24,000 nucleotides of DNA from Paracoccus denitrificans (GTDB lineage: Bacteria; Pseudomonadota; Alphaproteobacteria; Rhodobacterales; Rhodobacteraceae), in assembly GCF_900100045.1 (NCBI RefSeq), contig NZ_FNEA01000001.1, positions 82,089 to 106,088 on the forward strand. The letters are read 5' to 3'. Below are positions 23,490 to 24,000 of this stretch, piece after piece (position 1 is the stretch's first letter; the number at the start of each line of letters is the position of its first letter). The notes beneath the pieces were generated by a model. It was not told where the DNA came from. It saw nothing but the letters and a program-made list of their open reading frames with translations, and searched no databases. The translations under genes and the position numbers were made by a program.

Positions 23490-24000
23490 TGGCCGCTGCG
23501 ACCCATCCCAGCGTCGAGGAGGTCTGGGGCTGGCTTTCGGAGGTGCCCGACCCGGAGATCCCGGTGATCAGCCTGACCGACCTGGGCATCATCCGCGGCG
23601 TCGAATGGCAGGGCGACACGCTGGTCGTCAGGGTCACGCCGACCTATTCCGGCTGCCCCGCGACCAGCATCATCAACCTGGATATCGAGACCGCGCTGCG
23701 CGGCCGCGGCATCGAAAAGCTGCGGCTGGAACGCCAGCTGACCCCGCCCTGGACCACCGACTGGATCACCGAGGCGGGGCGGGAAAAGCTGCGTGCCTAT
23801 GGCATCGCGCCGCCCATCGACGGCACGGCGGCGGACGGTGTGCTGGCCGGACGCATCGCCCGGATGACCGGCGCGAACCTGACCATCGCCTGCCCGCGCT
23901 GCGGCTCGACCAATACCGAAAAGATCAGCCAGTTCGGCTCGACCCCCTGCAAGGCGAATTATCGCTGCAAGGACTGTCTGGAACCCTTCGACTATTTCAA
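23490..24000 (+). CDS. paaD: 1,2-phenylacetyl-CoA epoxidase subunit D (truncated by the window end, probably a few codons short)
   Basis: Absent from the ORF track because it is open at the window edge. My translation from ATG 23490 gives MAAATHPSVEEVWGWLSEVPDPEIPVISLTDLGIIRGV...VTPTYSGCPAT...PPWTTDWITEAGREKLRAYGIAPP...CPRCGS...SQFGSTPCKANYRCKDCLEPFDYF. This parallels E. coli PaaD: IPDPEIPVLTITDLGMVR, TPTYSGCPAT, CPRC, FGSTACKALYRCDSCREPFDYFKCI. Confidence 0.88.

Noticed and set aside
1-24000. Search by eye for CRISPR repeats, IS or transposon ends, integrase or recombinase genes, tRNA/rRNA, toxin-antitoxin pairs and defence-system hallmarks
   Set aside because: None were found. Every sizeable ORF is accounted for by metabolic, transport, regulatory or envelope functions. 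No direct or inverted repeats longer than about 15 bp were noticed. Short or diverged repeats could have been missed without computational self-alignment.

Overview
GC-rich segment (about two-thirds G+C by eye, strong third-position GC bias). It looks like alphaproteobacterial chromosome, possibly Rhodobacterales/Paracoccus-like; that placement is inferred only from composition and protein families. I support 21 protein-coding genes, one riboswitch and a few candidate regulatory elements. I saw no rRNA, tRNA, CRISPR array, transposase, integrase, phage or recognisable defence genes.

Layout, left to right:
- (1) 5' part of a TonB-dependent receptor (- strand) behind a cobalamin riboswitch.
- (2) A small secreted Cys-containing protein followed by an FtsH-family AAA metalloprotease (+).
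- (3) A phosphohexomutase (-) divergent from an MgtC/DUF4010-type membrane protein (+).
- (4) A seven-gene minus-strand operon: fused TRAP DctQM, DctP, IclR regulator, SCP2-type thiolase, acyl-CoA synthetase, tandem PPC/DUF296-like protein, SDR. Five of its six junctions are overlapping stop/start codons.
- (5) A two-gene module of unknown function: a secreted protein whose mature N terminus is His-His, plus a 4-TM membrane protein.
- (6) A close homolog of E. coli penicillin G acylase, next to paaX and paaJ-paaA-paaB-paaC-paaD (paaD runs off the window).

The best candidates for something undescribed are the TRAP/thiolase/ligase/PPC/SDR operon, which I cannot assign to a known pathway, and the HH-protein/membrane-protein pair. 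The physical pac-paaX-paa linkage, with sequence boxes shared by the pac and paaJ leaders, is also worth testing. The many very long alternative-frame and antisense ORFs in the track are high-GC artefacts. All homology statements come from reading motifs by eye; no database search was run.
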